Source: Candidatus Pacearchaeota archaeon (GTDB lineage: Archaea > Nanobdellota > Nanobdellia > Pacearchaeales > GW2011-AR1). From it: 61,708 bases of DNA. The number at the start of each line of letters is the position of its first letter. Within the stretch, counting starts at the first letter, position 1. The DNA is taken from contig JACPLR010000009.1 in NCBI GenBank assembly GCA_016186425.1, forward strand, positions 1 to 61,708, in the 5' to 3' direction. The notes beneath the pieces were generated by a model. That model saw only the letters and a program-made list of their open reading frames with translations. It made no database searches and had not been told where the DNA came from. Below are positions 53,895 through 61,708 of this stretch, one piece after another. Made by a program: the position numbers and the translations under genes.

Positions 53895-54419
53895 TTACTT
53901 AAAACAATCCCACAATGCCAGTTTAGCCCTTAGTTTCTGATTACTTTCATCTGCATCTAATACTGCAATACCTATTTTTTCTCCTAACATTGTTTTTCCC
54001 ATTCGAATATTATTATTTTCAGCAATTTCTTTTTGTTCAGTCTTACCATCGCTATCTGTAATTAAGATTGTAGCAGAAGTATCAGAAGCACCCACAAGTT
54101 TAACAATATATTCATCATTAGGAAATGAAAATTCTTTAGTATTATCTGCTGAACTTAAGATAGTCGTATATTTACGACAACTATAAAGATATATTATTGC
54201 TTGCTCAATTTCACGATTTAGATTTTTGCTAAATTCATTATTAATATTATTCAATTTACTATCAACCTCTCCTACAGTATAAACTTCTTTAGCACTAGGG
54301 CCATATCCTTTCGCAGCTTTAAATACTGCGTTTCCAGTAATATTCGCCGTTATCAGCGAAACAGCAACTGCAACAACAAGAACAACAGCAATAATAATTG
54401 CCCATTCTTTATTTTTCAT
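53895..54419 (-). CDS. N-terminally anchored or secreted protein (hypothetical)
   Basis: N-terminal TM/signal WAIIIAVVLVVAVAVSLITANI. Confidence 0.45.
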   Translation of the reverse strand: MKNKEWAIIIAVVLVVAVAVSLITANITGNAVFKAAKGYGPSAKEVYTVGEVDSKLNNINNEFSKNLNREIEQAIIYLYSCRKYTTILSSADNTKEFSFPNDEYIVKLVGASDTSATILITDSDGKTEQKEIAENNNIRMGKTMLGEKIGIAVLDADESNQKLRAKLALWDCFK

Positions 54420-54483
54420 ATTATCTAAATTTTCACACCTCCTTTCATTTGATCTATTTCCATAATTTAACTTACTCTCTCCT

Positions 54484-54522
54484 AAAAGGAGATATCATAA
54501 GAAGAACCTTGGTTCTTTTTAT
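54484..54522 (+). repeat. Family-B hairpin repeat
   Basis: aaaaggagatatcataagaagaaccttggttctttttat. Confidence 0.55.
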
Positions 54523-54565
54523 TTTTAAAGAAAAGATATATATATATTTCGGTTCTAGATTTTTC

Positions 54566-55201
54566 ATGGCAGAGCAAAAAACTAAACTAATTCAGCAAGG
54601 CGCTGAAGCAAAAATACTTTTAGATGAAAAAGAAAATTCCATAATAAAAGATAGAATTGAAAAATCATACAGATTACCAGAATTAGACAAGAAAATAAGA
54701 AAGTTAAGAACAAGACAAGAAACCAAACTACTTGAAAAAGCATCTAAAATTATTAATTCTCCTAATCCTAGTTCATTAAAATTTAAAGACCAGACATTTA
54801 TTGAAATGCCTTTCATAGAAGGCAAAAAATTGTCAGACTGGCTAGACAAACTGAAAGAAAAACAAGCTATGAATGTTTGTAAAAAAATAGGAATATCACT
54901 TGCACAACTTCATGATAATAATATAATTCACGGAGACTTAACAACAAGCAATTTAATCCTTGATAAAAATAATGAAGTCTGGTTTATTGATTTTGGCTTA
55001 GGATTCCATTCTGAAAGAACAGAAGACAAAGCAGTTGACCTTCATTTAATCAAAGAAGCTTTAGAGGCAAAACATTTCAAAAACTGGGAAAAATACTTTA
55101 GCCATATTCTTCAGGGTTATAAACTATCAAAAAATCATAAAGAAACAATTGAAAGGCTGAAGAAAGTTGAATCTAGAGGAAGATATAAGGAAAGGTATTG
55201 A
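54566..55201 (+). CDS. bud32: Bud32/PRPK atypical kinase (KEOPS subunit)
   Basis: LIQQGAEAKI..., catalytic IIHGDLTTSNLIL, and FIDFGLG. The ATG at 54566 is preferred over the 54398 start in the ORF track. Confidence 0.8.
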   Translation: MAEQKTKLIQQGAEAKILLDEKENSIIKDRIEKSYRLPELDKKIRKLRTRQETKLLEKASKIINSPNPSSLKFKDQTFIEMPFIEGKKLSDWLDKLKEKQAMNVCKKIGISLAQLHDNNIIHGDLTTSNLILDKNNEVWFIDFGLGFHSERTEDKAVDLHLIKEALEAKHFKNWEKYFSHILQGYKLSKNHKETIERLKKVESRGRYKERY

Positions 55202-55239
55202 GTTAATACTCTTCAGGCGTAACTTTTATACCTAAAATT

Positions 55240-55375
55240 AATTTAAATATCAAATAAATTAAGGTAAAATTTCTCTCTAATGAGAAATTTATTATGGCTT
55301 TCAAAATGTTCTTGAATCTATGCAATAACTCTCTATAACTTATCCGATAGAGCTACTAAATTTTCAGATAACCTG
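55240..55375 (+). repeat. Family-A intergenic repeat
   Basis: ttaatttaaatatcaaataaatt, then hairpin aaatttctc-tctaat-gagaaattt at 55267-55290, then attatggctttcaaaatgttcttgaatctatgcaataactctc. Confidence 0.65.
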
Positions 55376-55454
55376 CTTAACTTAATATTTTTACTACCAT
55401 CCATATTTTCCTCTCAATTAACTTTATAAATCTTCAAAGGCTTTCAAATCCAAT

Positions 55455-55611
55455 AGCCCCGTCGTCCAGCGGTCAAATTTTTCCTGATAAATTCAGAAAG
55501 AAGACTAGGGATACAAGCCTTTGGCGAGGGAGTTTGCGAGGCAAATAGTATAATATCGCGAGCGAACTTCGGAGAGAGCTTGGGACCCAGGTTCGAATCC
55601 TGGCGGGGCTA
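55455..55611 (+). tRNA. tRNA-Gln (anticodon TTG) with two introns: about 32 nt in the D loop, and 52 nt at the canonical 37/38 site
   Basis: AGCCCCG-TC-GTCC-AGCGGTCAA[a ttttt cctgataaattcagaaagaagactag]GGAT-A-CAAGC-CTTTGG[cgagggag...cggagag]A-GCTTG-GGAC-CCAGG-TTCGAAT-CCTGG-CGGGGCT-A. The A1:U72 pair is typical of archaeal tRNA-Gln. 73+32+52=157 nt. Confidence 0.8.
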
Positions 55612-55679
55612 TTTTTTATCAAAAAATAGCCTTATTATCTAGAAATAGTAAAAATACCAACTTTACTAATTAAGCTAAT

Positions 55680-55790
55680 AAATCATACAAAATTTTTCTT
55701 AAATGAAAAATTTCATTACATATTTCAAAATTATTCTTGAATCATGCCATGATTTATCAATTTTACAAGATTAACTTCTTAATTTTTTAT
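55680..55790 (+). repeat. Family-A intergenic repeat
   Basis: Hairpin aaatttttc-ttaaat-gaaaaattt at 55688-55711 is followed by cattacatatttcaaaattattcttgaatcatgccatgatttatc. Confidence 0.6.
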
Positions 55791-55854
55791 ATAATTATAA
55801 AACCCTTAAAAATGTTATACAAACATTTTTAAACACCGTTTCAGAAAGATTAAT

Positions 55855-56232
55855 ATGCCACGAAAAAAACAAGAAAAAAGGAAGTTGACATCTAAAGAAG
55901 CAAGTGTCTTAGATATGCCTGAAAGAATGAAAGTTGAGGAAATAGAAAGCCTAGTTGTTGATCTTGCAAAGCAAGGCAATCATCCAGCTAAAATAGGCCA
56001 AATACTTAAGGAAAAGCATGGAGTTCATAAAATAAGTGTCCTAGGAAAAAAAATAACAAAGATATTAAAAGAAAAGAAAATACCTTATACAAATGACCTT
56101 GATTTTGTAAATAAAAAAATAAAAAATATAGAATCTCATTATGCTAAAAACAAACAGGACAAGAAATCTGAAAGAGAAGTCGTAAGATATTTGTCTTTAA
56201 AAAGAAAGCTTGAAAATTATAACGTAAACTAA
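55855..56232 (+). CDS. rps15: 30S ribosomal protein S15 (uS15/S13e)
   Basis: VEEIESLVVDLAKQGNHPAKIGQILKEKHGV...GKKITKILKEKK...ESHYAKNKQDKKSEREV. Confidence 0.85.
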   Translation: MPRKKQEKRKLTSKEASVLDMPERMKVEEIESLVVDLAKQGNHPAKIGQILKEKHGVHKISVLGKKITKILKEKKIPYTNDLDFVNKKIKNIESHYAKNKQDKKSEREVVRYLSLKRKLENYNVN

Positions 56233-56247
56233 TAAAAAGGATGTGGA

Positions 56248-57570
56248 ATGTTAAACGCAATAAGTAATGTTGCTAAACAATTCCTAGAAAAAACTGAAAA
56301 TAAGCCCATACAAGTGATAAGCCATCATGATACAGATGGCATAACCTCTGCATCAATAATAACAAAGGCACTTCAAAGGCTAAATAAGGAATTTTCATTA
56401 AGAATTGTAAAGCAATTGGATTCAGAAGTATTTAAAGAAATGCCAAAAGATAAAGTCATTCTTTTTCTAGATCTTGCATCAAACAGTTTTCAATATATAC
56501 AGGATTTAAAAAATCAGGTATTTATTCTGGACCATCATGAAATAATATCAGAAATTCCAGGCAATGTAACTATAATAAATCCCCATTTATTCCATGAAGA
56601 GGAAATATCTGGGGCAGGACTTTCATATTTATTTGCAAAGGAACTGGATAATCAAAATACCGATCTCGCGTATTTAGCTGTAATAGGAATGGTTGGAGAT
56701 ATGCTTGAAAAAAATCTCGGGAAGATATATACTAACATATTAAAAGATTCTAAAGTTGTAATAAAAAAAGGCCTGACCCTATACCCAGCAACACGCCCCA
56801 TAGATAAAATACTAGAGTATAGTTCAGATATTTATATTCCAAATGTAAGCGGATCATCTGCAGGAGTAAATGCTTTTCTTAGAGATATAGGCGTGCAAAG
56901 AATAAACAACAAGTATAAGAATCTTATAGAACTTAATCCAGAAGAAACATCTAAACTAATCACTGCTATTTCTCTTCAAAGCACAAACATAAAAGATTCT
57001 TCTGAAATAATCGGAAATATATATTTAGTTAACTTTTTCAATAAAATTGAGGATGTTAGACAAATTAGCGCCATGATAAATGCCTGCAGCAGGCTAGGCG
57101 AAAGCGGAACAGCAATCTCTCTTTGCTTACAAAACAAAAAGGCAAAGGCAAAAGCAGAAGAAATTTATACCCATTACAGACAAAATATTGTAAGTGCGCT
57201 TGCAGATCTTCCACACCTTAGAAAAATAGAAAACAAGAATTATCTAATAATTCTTGCTGAAGATAAAATAAAAGACACAATAATAGGGACAATTGCAAGC
57301 ATATTATCAAATTCAAAAAATTACGAGGAGGGCAAGGCAATAATTGCAATGGCCCACAATGAAAGAGGAGATAAAATAAAAGTATCTGCAAGAATTGTTG
57401 GGAAAAACGGGAAAAACATAAGAGAGGTTTTAAATTCTGTAATTGAAGAGGTTGGAGGAGAAGTTGGGGGCCATAAATTCGCTGCCGGCTGCCTTGTAGA
57501 AAAAGAAAAAGAGCAGCAGTTTATAGATATGCTTCAAAAAAAGCTTGAGATTGAGATGGTGAAGATTTAA
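56248..57570 (+). CDS. DHH/DHHA1 phosphoesterase, archaeal RecJ/Cdc45-like (GAN-type)
   Basis: SHHDTDGITSA, LDHHE and GGHKFAAGC motifs. The S15-RecJ gene pairing is common in archaea. Confidence 0.8.
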   Translation: MLNAISNVAKQFLEKTENKPIQVISHHDTDGITSASIITKALQRLNKEFSLRIVKQLDSEVFKEMPKDKVILFLDLASNSFQYIQDLKNQVFILDHHEIISEIPGNVTIINPHLFHEEEISGAGLSYLFAKELDNQNTDLAYLAVIGMVGDMLEKNLGKIYTNILKDSKVVIKKGLTLYPATRPIDKILEYSSDIYIPNVSGSSAGVNAFLRDIGVQRINNKYKNLIELNPEETSKLITAISLQSTNIKDSSEIIGNIYLVNFFNKIEDVRQISAMINACSRLGESGTAISLCLQNKKAKAKAEEIYTHYRQNIVSALADLPHLRKIENKNYLIILAEDKIKDTIIGTIASILSNSKNYEEGKAIIAMAHNERGDKIKVSARIVGKNGKNIREVLNSVIEEVGGEVGGHKFAAGCLVEKEKEQQFIDMLQKKLEIEMVKI

Positions 57571-57573
57571 AAA

Positions 57574-57650
57574 TAAAAAGAACCCATGGTTCTTCTTATG
57601 ACATCTCCTTTCTCATGCTACGATTTTCTTTATGAGTTTTCCTTTTAATA
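57574..57650 (-). repeat. Family-B hairpin repeat, 2 units in reverse orientation, directly after a stop codon
   Basis: aaaaagaacccatggttcttcttatgacatctccttt plus ctacgattttctttatgagttttcctttt. Confidence 0.6.
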
Positions 57651-57915
57651 GAACATTTTGAAACCATGTCATATCTCCACATAATTTATCAATGAAAGTT
57701 ACTGAGTTTACTAGTTTTAATTTATCCAATTTACTTAATTAGTTTTATTGACCTTTAGTATATTCAAGACCCAAAACTTGCTTATCTTAATAATTTGTTT
57801 GTTACATTTTCAAAACTTAATTCTGCATGCCATATTTTTACCTACTTTATCAGCTAGCGCTAGTAAATTTACTAGTTTTAATTAATCAATATAAAATTAA
57901 CTTAATAACCTAAAA
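57650..57915 (+). repeat. Family-A intergenic repeat, two tandem partial copies
   Basis: gaacattttgaaaccatgtcatatctccacataatttatc...taataatttgtttgttacatttt, then caaaacttaattctgcatgccatatttttacctactttatcagctagcgctagtaaatttactag. Confidence 0.45.
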
Positions 57916-57987
57916 TTGCTTAATAATTTGTTCTATAGATTTCAAAATAATAGTATACTTTAAAAACCTCTCAAATATTCTATTTCT

Positions 57988-58692
57988 ATGGTAAAATATA
58001 ATGAAGGAGATATAATACTTTGTGAAGTAAAAGATGTAGTTAAAACAACTGTTTTTGTAGAAACTCTTGATGGAATGAAAGGAAGCATAGTTTTCAGTGA
58101 GGTAGCTCCTGGAAGAATAAGAAATATAAGAGATTATGTTGTTCCAAAAAAAATAGTTGCCTGTAAAATTCTGCATATAGCTTATGATCATTTATTTTTA
58201 AGTTTAAGAAGAGTTAAAGACAAAGAAAAAAAAGAAGCTCTAGAAATATATAAAAAAGAAAGGAGCCTAGAAAGTTTTATCAAAAAGCTTCTTGGAAATA
58301 AAGCTGGGGAAATAATAAGCAAAATAAGGTCTGAAAATTCCCTTTCATTGGTAGAATTTTTTGAAAGCGCAAAGCAAAACTCAAAACTTTCTGAAAAATA
58401 CTTCTCAAAAAGCGAAATTGAAAAGCTCACAAGTATTTTAACAGAAAAAAAGGAAAAAGAGAAAGAAATAAAAAAAGAATTTATCTTAAGTTGCAATCAG
58501 CCAGATGGGATAATAAGAATAAAAAAAATGCTTTCACCTCACGATAGCATAACTTATCTTGGAAGTTCAAAATTCATGATAAAGGCAAAATCTATTGATT
58601 TAAAGCAGGCAGATTCTAAGCTTAATAAAATTCTTGAAACAATTGAAAAAGAATCAAAAAAGGAAAAATGTGAGTTTGCTATGAAAAAATAA
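57988..58692 (+). CDS. Translation initiation factor 2 alpha subunit (aIF2-alpha)
   Basis: N-terminal S1 domain GDIILCEVKDVVKTTVFVETLDGMKGSIVFSEVAPGRIRNIRDYVVPKKIVACKIL...LSLRRV. Confidence 0.8.
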   Translation: MVKYNEGDIILCEVKDVVKTTVFVETLDGMKGSIVFSEVAPGRIRNIRDYVVPKKIVACKILHIAYDHLFLSLRRVKDKEKKEALEIYKKERSLESFIKKLLGNKAGEIISKIRSENSLSLVEFFESAKQNSKLSEKYFSKSEIEKLTSILTEKKEKEKEIKKEFILSCNQPDGIIRIKKMLSPHDSITYLGSSKFMIKAKSIDLKQADSKLNKILETIEKESKKEKCEFAMKK

Positions 58693-58695
58693 TCT

Positions 58696-59067
58696 TTATC
58701 GGCTTTTATATCCAAACTTTTTATCATAAGTCGGATGGTCAATAATATCAAGAACAAAGGCTACTACTTCTATTTTGTCCCCTTTTAATGTATAAAGCAT
58801 TCTCCAAAATTGAGAAAGCTCAACTCTAAACAAATTAATTGCTCCATATTTATTTTTATATTCTTCAGGAATTAAATTCTTAGCAATCGGATCTCCGTAA
58901 AAAGGATTATTTATTATAAATTCAATCTTTTGTTTTATTGATCTTAAAAGCTGAATTTCATCTGAACTTTCCTTTCCTGAACTTATTTGCCTTCCAACTA
59001 TTTCATTTAATCTCTTAAAAGATTCATCTGCATCTCCTAAAAGAACTATGCGAATAAACTTGTTCAT
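58696..59067 (-). CDS. RelE/ParE-superfamily toxin-like protein
   Basis: NPFYGDPIAKNLIPEEY...NLFRVELSQFWRMLYTLKGDKIEVVAFVLDIIDHPTYDKKFG. Confidence 0.6.
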   Translation of the reverse strand: MNKFIRIVLLGDADESFKRLNEIVGRQISSGKESSDEIQLLRSIKQKIEFIINNPFYGDPIAKNLIPEEYKNKYGAINLFRVELSQFWRMLYTLKGDKIEVVAFVLDIIDHPTYDKKFGYKSR

Positions 59068-59360
59068 ATTTCAGTTCCTTTTTTTACCCATTCTCTAAGA
59101 ATTTTGCTATCAGTATAAACCCAGCTAATACCTCTAATGCCCGATAAGATCTTTCCACTTTTTTCTAAATATTCAAGAATTATCATTAAAGTGTTATGAT
59201 TAACTTGTCGAGGTAATTTTCTTTTTAATTCCGCAATTGTTATCACACTTTCATCCATATTTTTCAGAGTTTCCTCTACCATAAGAACAGTATTTAATGT
59301 AGGCCAGTGTACCGGTTTTTCATTAAATTTCATTTGATTAAACTTAGCTTTCTGTGACAT
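59064..59360 (-). CDS. Putative cognate antitoxin (wHTH-like)
   Basis: 98-aa ORF that overlaps the toxin start by 4 nt (ATGA). ITIAELKRKLPRQVNHNTLMIILEYLEKSGKI looks wHTH-like. Confidence 0.4.
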   Translation of the reverse strand: MSQKAKFNQMKFNEKPVHWPTLNTVLMVEETLKNMDESVITIAELKRKLPRQVNHNTLMIILEYLEKSGKILSGIRGISWVYTDSKILREWVKKGTEI

Positions 59361-59487
59361 TTTAGTATCTTTTAGTTATATATTTATAACTATTTATTAC
59401 AAGTTAGTATTTAAACCTTTTGATAGAAAAACATAAATATCTAACTTGAATTAATTAAGAAAATAAACAATCGAATATAAATATAAA

Positions 59488-59622
59488 ATGCTCTTAAAAA
59501 AGTGTTCAAATAGATCCTGTAATACTTACACTCTTAAACCTATTTGCCCTAAATGCAGCTCAAAAACAAAAGAAGCTGGTGAGAAATTCAGGGAGAGGTT
59601 TGTGAGAAATAAGAAAGAATAA
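59488..59622 (+). CDS. nop10: H/ACA RNP protein Nop10 (44 aa; too short for the ORF track)
   Basis: Translation MLLKKCSNRSCNTYTLKPICPKCSSKTKEAGEKFRERFVRNKKE fits the KKC..C..YTLK.ICPKC..KT Nop10 zinc-ribbon pattern. Confidence 0.6.
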   Translation: MLLKKCSNRSCNTYTLKPICPKCSSKTKEAGEKFRERFVRNKKE

Positions 59623-59624
59623 AA

Positions 59625-59735
59625 TTATTTTTGAATCATTACTATAACTTTATCTTATTTTAATGTGAAAGCTACTGATATTTTAAATCTAAACTTACTT
59701 AATCTAATAATTTGTTTGCTACATTTTCAAAACAA
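59625..59735 (+). repeat. Family-A intergenic repeat, partial (hairpin 2 plus tail)
   Basis: aaaattatttttgaatcattactataactttatcttattttaatgtgaaagctactgatattttaaatc...taataatttgtttgctacattttcaaaac. Confidence 0.45.
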
Positions 59736-60950
59736 CGTCTTCTGCTCTTCTAGCATGGCGACGCCATAAACTCCATCATAACCTGGCTTTACTTTTATTG
59801 TGCCTTTCCTGTTCCTGATAATTAAATCAGCAAGCTTTTCATTTACATCCTCATCAAGAAGTTTCTGTTTTTCAACTTTTAATAAAATATCAAGTTCATT
59901 TCCAAATTGTTCTATTAATTTATTATAAATTTCCCAATTCTTTTTTGAAGCAATTCCGTTTTCTGTAAAAATAGAAATTAATTCATGCAAAGGAAGCAAT
60001 TTATAAAATGGTTTTGCATCCTTAGGTTTATACCCATTTTCATGCTTTGCAATTTCCTCGACCCTATACTCAACTCCAATAGTCATTTTATCCTTGCATA
60101 CAGGGCATATTCCATTTAGCTTTTTAGTTTCAATTGGAGAACAGGAAAAATTGCAATTCCTATGCCCGTCCCAATGATACTTTCCATATTCAGGAGGTGT
60201 TTCAATTGTTGCTTTCAAACCCTCTCCTGTTCTTATTGCTTTTATAATATTATCATAGCTTAATTCTTTTAAATCAAAAATAGTTGCTTCTCTTCCAATT
60301 CTCCAAGGCCAGAATCCGTGAGCATCACTAAAACTTACAACATTAACCTTGCCACTAGCAATTTCTTCAAATCTCCATAACATTGCTGGATCAGCACTCA
60401 TTCCAGATTCAACAGCATAAATTTTATCTACCTGATCTTGAAAACACTCTTTCAAAGAATCAAATCCGCTTACAGAACCAAAAATACCGAACCAAGGCGT
60501 CATGCAATGAGCAGGAATAATTTCAATCTTATCATCAATCTCTTTCATATCTTTCACAAAATCTCTGGCATTTATTCCAAAAATAGGCCTTCCATCATAA
60601 TCAATTCTTCCTCTGCTAGCAAGATAACTTGTTATTTTATCAGCAATATTTCTGTTTGGAGCAAAAACAAGTAAATGAACCGCTCTTCTTTTATCATTCT
60701 GTGAATACATAAAGCTTATTTCAGTCTGCCATATAAACGGAAAACCTTTTTTTGTTCTTAAAATTCCTTTATCATCTTCTTTTAATTTAGCATCAATTTC
60801 TTTTCTATGCTCTGGATGCTGAAAATCTCCAGTTCCTAATAAATTCAAGCCTTTTATCCTGCCATATTTTTCAAGATTATCAATGCTTAAGTCTTTTGAA
60901 GTAGCTCTTGAATGCCTAGAATGCAACTGCAAGTCTGCAATAATTTCCAT
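59727..60950 (-). CDS. PHP-domain endonuclease Q-like protein (EndoQ)
   Basis: ADLQLHSRHSRATS...GLNLLGTGDFQHPEH, plus an internal zinc finger CPVCKDKMTIGV. Confidence 0.7.
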   Translation of the reverse strand: MEIIADLQLHSRHSRATSKDLSIDNLEKYGRIKGLNLLGTGDFQHPEHRKEIDAKLKEDDKGILRTKKGFPFIWQTEISFMYSQNDKRRAVHLLVFAPNRNIADKITSYLASRGRIDYDGRPIFGINARDFVKDMKEIDDKIEIIPAHCMTPWFGIFGSVSGFDSLKECFQDQVDKIYAVESGMSADPAMLWRFEEIASGKVNVVSFSDAHGFWPWRIGREATIFDLKELSYDNIIKAIRTGEGLKATIETPPEYGKYHWDGHRNCNFSCSPIETKKLNGICPVCKDKMTIGVEYRVEEIAKHENGYKPKDAKPFYKLLPLHELISIFTENGIASKKNWEIYNKLIEQFGNELDILLKVEKQKLLDEDVNEKLADLIIRNRKGTIKVKPGYDGVYGVAMLEEQKTLF

Positions 60951-61086
60951 TTTTCACCTTTTTTAATAAACAGCAAAGAAATAATTATTAAGTATAAAAA
61001 GATTTAGTTATTTAACACTCATATAAATCAAAAGAAAAATAAGTATGGCTAACAAAATATACGGCCAATATTCACTAATAATATTT

Positions 61087-61296
61087 TTAAGTTTCATTAA
61101 CCAGCAACCTCTTTATAATATATAAGAATAATAGATGAGCATCTATATAAATTATTGCATATAAAAATAATTCTAAAAGATTTAAGTTTCTAATTTGATA
61201 GAGAAAATTTAGTAAAGCAATTAGCACTCCAAGAGATGTAGAAAAGGCAATCATGCTTGTGGCGATTAATGTGCCTTTTTGAAAGCCCATTTTCAT
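61087..61296 (-). CDS. Small membrane protein (hypothetical)
   Basis: Two hydrophobic segments in 69 aa. Confidence 0.3.
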   Translation of the reverse strand: MKMGFQKGTLIATSMIAFSTSLGVLIALLNFLYQIRNLNLLELFLYAIIYIDAHLLFLYIIKRLLVNET

Positions 61297-61299
61297 TAA

Positions 61300-61692
61300 C
61301 TATTTATGAAGATCATAAACCCTAACATCTTTAAGTTTTCTTCCTAAAGATACTAGAAATTGAGATTCATCAGAAGAAAAGTCAGTAGCAAACCTATTAG
61401 TTTTTCTATTTAAATAAAGATCTCTAACACGTTCATCAAGGAGAGTTAGAAGAGAATCATTTCCAGATTCAATATCCCTAAAAAATGCTGTTCCATTCCT
61501 TTTTCTAAGACTATATAAATTATCTCGTAATTCATCAGAAATATAAGATTCTCCTTCAAACCAAAATTTATAATGTTCCTTAATAAATGGGTGTTCTCTT
61601 TCACATTCAATGATTCTCTGTAACTGGTGATTTAAAAAAGGTACAGTTGCAATATCTCCTCCCATTTCAAAAACAGAAGAAGCAATAAACAA
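61300..61692 (-). CDS. Hypothetical protein (the start may lie beyond the right edge of the window)
   Basis: 130-aa ORF that reaches to within 16 nt of the window end. No family was recognised. Confidence 0.35.
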   Translation of the reverse strand: MFIASSVFEMGGDIATVPFLNHQLQRIIECEREHPFIKEHYKFWFEGESYISDELRDNLYSLRKRNGTAFFRDIESGNDSLLTLLDERVRDLYLNRKTNRFATDFSSDESQFLVSLGRKLKDVRVYDLHK

Positions 61693-61708
61693 AGGAATAT
61701 CTGTTTTA

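Noticed and set aside
1514-59735. Whether the recurring AAATTTCTC..GAGAAATTT hairpin elements could be a CRISPR array.
   Set aside because: The copies are separated by whole genes (kilobases), not by uniform 30-40-bp spacers. The units are 100-250 bp and heterogeneous. No cas genes are present.
1-61708. Searched for rRNA, SRP RNA and RNase P RNA genes as G+C-rich non-coding islands.
   Set aside because: The only G+C-enriched non-coding stretches are the tRNAs and the short candidates already listed. Nothing has the size or conserved motifs of these RNAs.

Overview
61.7-kb, strongly AT-rich archaeal chromosomal segment. The gene content looks like a reduced, DPANN-like genome. Archaeal information-processing genes are present: TFB, Alba, two Sm-like proteins, r-proteins eS17/eS8/eL42(L44e)/eS1(S3Ae)/uS15, aIF2-alpha, Nop10, EndA, RNase Z, GlyRS, GINS, a RecJ/GAN-like DHH protein, Bud32, SRP54 and FtsY, NDK and EndoQ. 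A bacterial-type MetK start lies at the left edge. I found 8 tRNA genes, none encoding CCA. Five are interrupted, and three of those carry non-canonical or double introns. Between the housekeeping genes there is much accessory material. (1) A minus-strand module at 35.2-44.2 kb encodes a possible RHH micro-ORF, a 649-aa protein with a class-III (pilin-like) signal, and a 2302-aa membrane-anchored giant protein. The giant's C-terminus looks like a DUF2272/CHAP-type domain followed by a lytic-transglycosylase-like domain. This is the best candidate for an undescribed cell-cell or host-interaction system. (2) A very dense family of roughly 100-250 bp intergenic repeats (about 20 copies, all in + orientation) has two hairpins, and a second hairpin repeat family is nested inside it. 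(3) A roughly 3.9-kb island (26.8-30.7 kb) contains a DDE transposase, RHH/HTH/AbrB regulators and overlapping unknown gene pairs, and is bracketed by a 13-bp direct repeat. (4) Several toxin-antitoxin-like pairs are present: HEPN-like/NTase with a triple palindromic operator, an AbiE-like pair whose NTase is broken by a perfect 14-bp tandem duplication, and a RelE-like pair inserted between aIF2-alpha and nop10. (5) Two free-standing LAGLIDADG genes each abut a tRNA gene. (6) A 1191-aa BNR-propeller/Ig-repeat surface protein sits next to a glycosyltransferase cluster. No rRNA genes or CRISPR arrays are present. All functional calls come from reading motifs in the supplied translations and sequence, with no database search, so repeat boundaries and the weaker calls are approximate.
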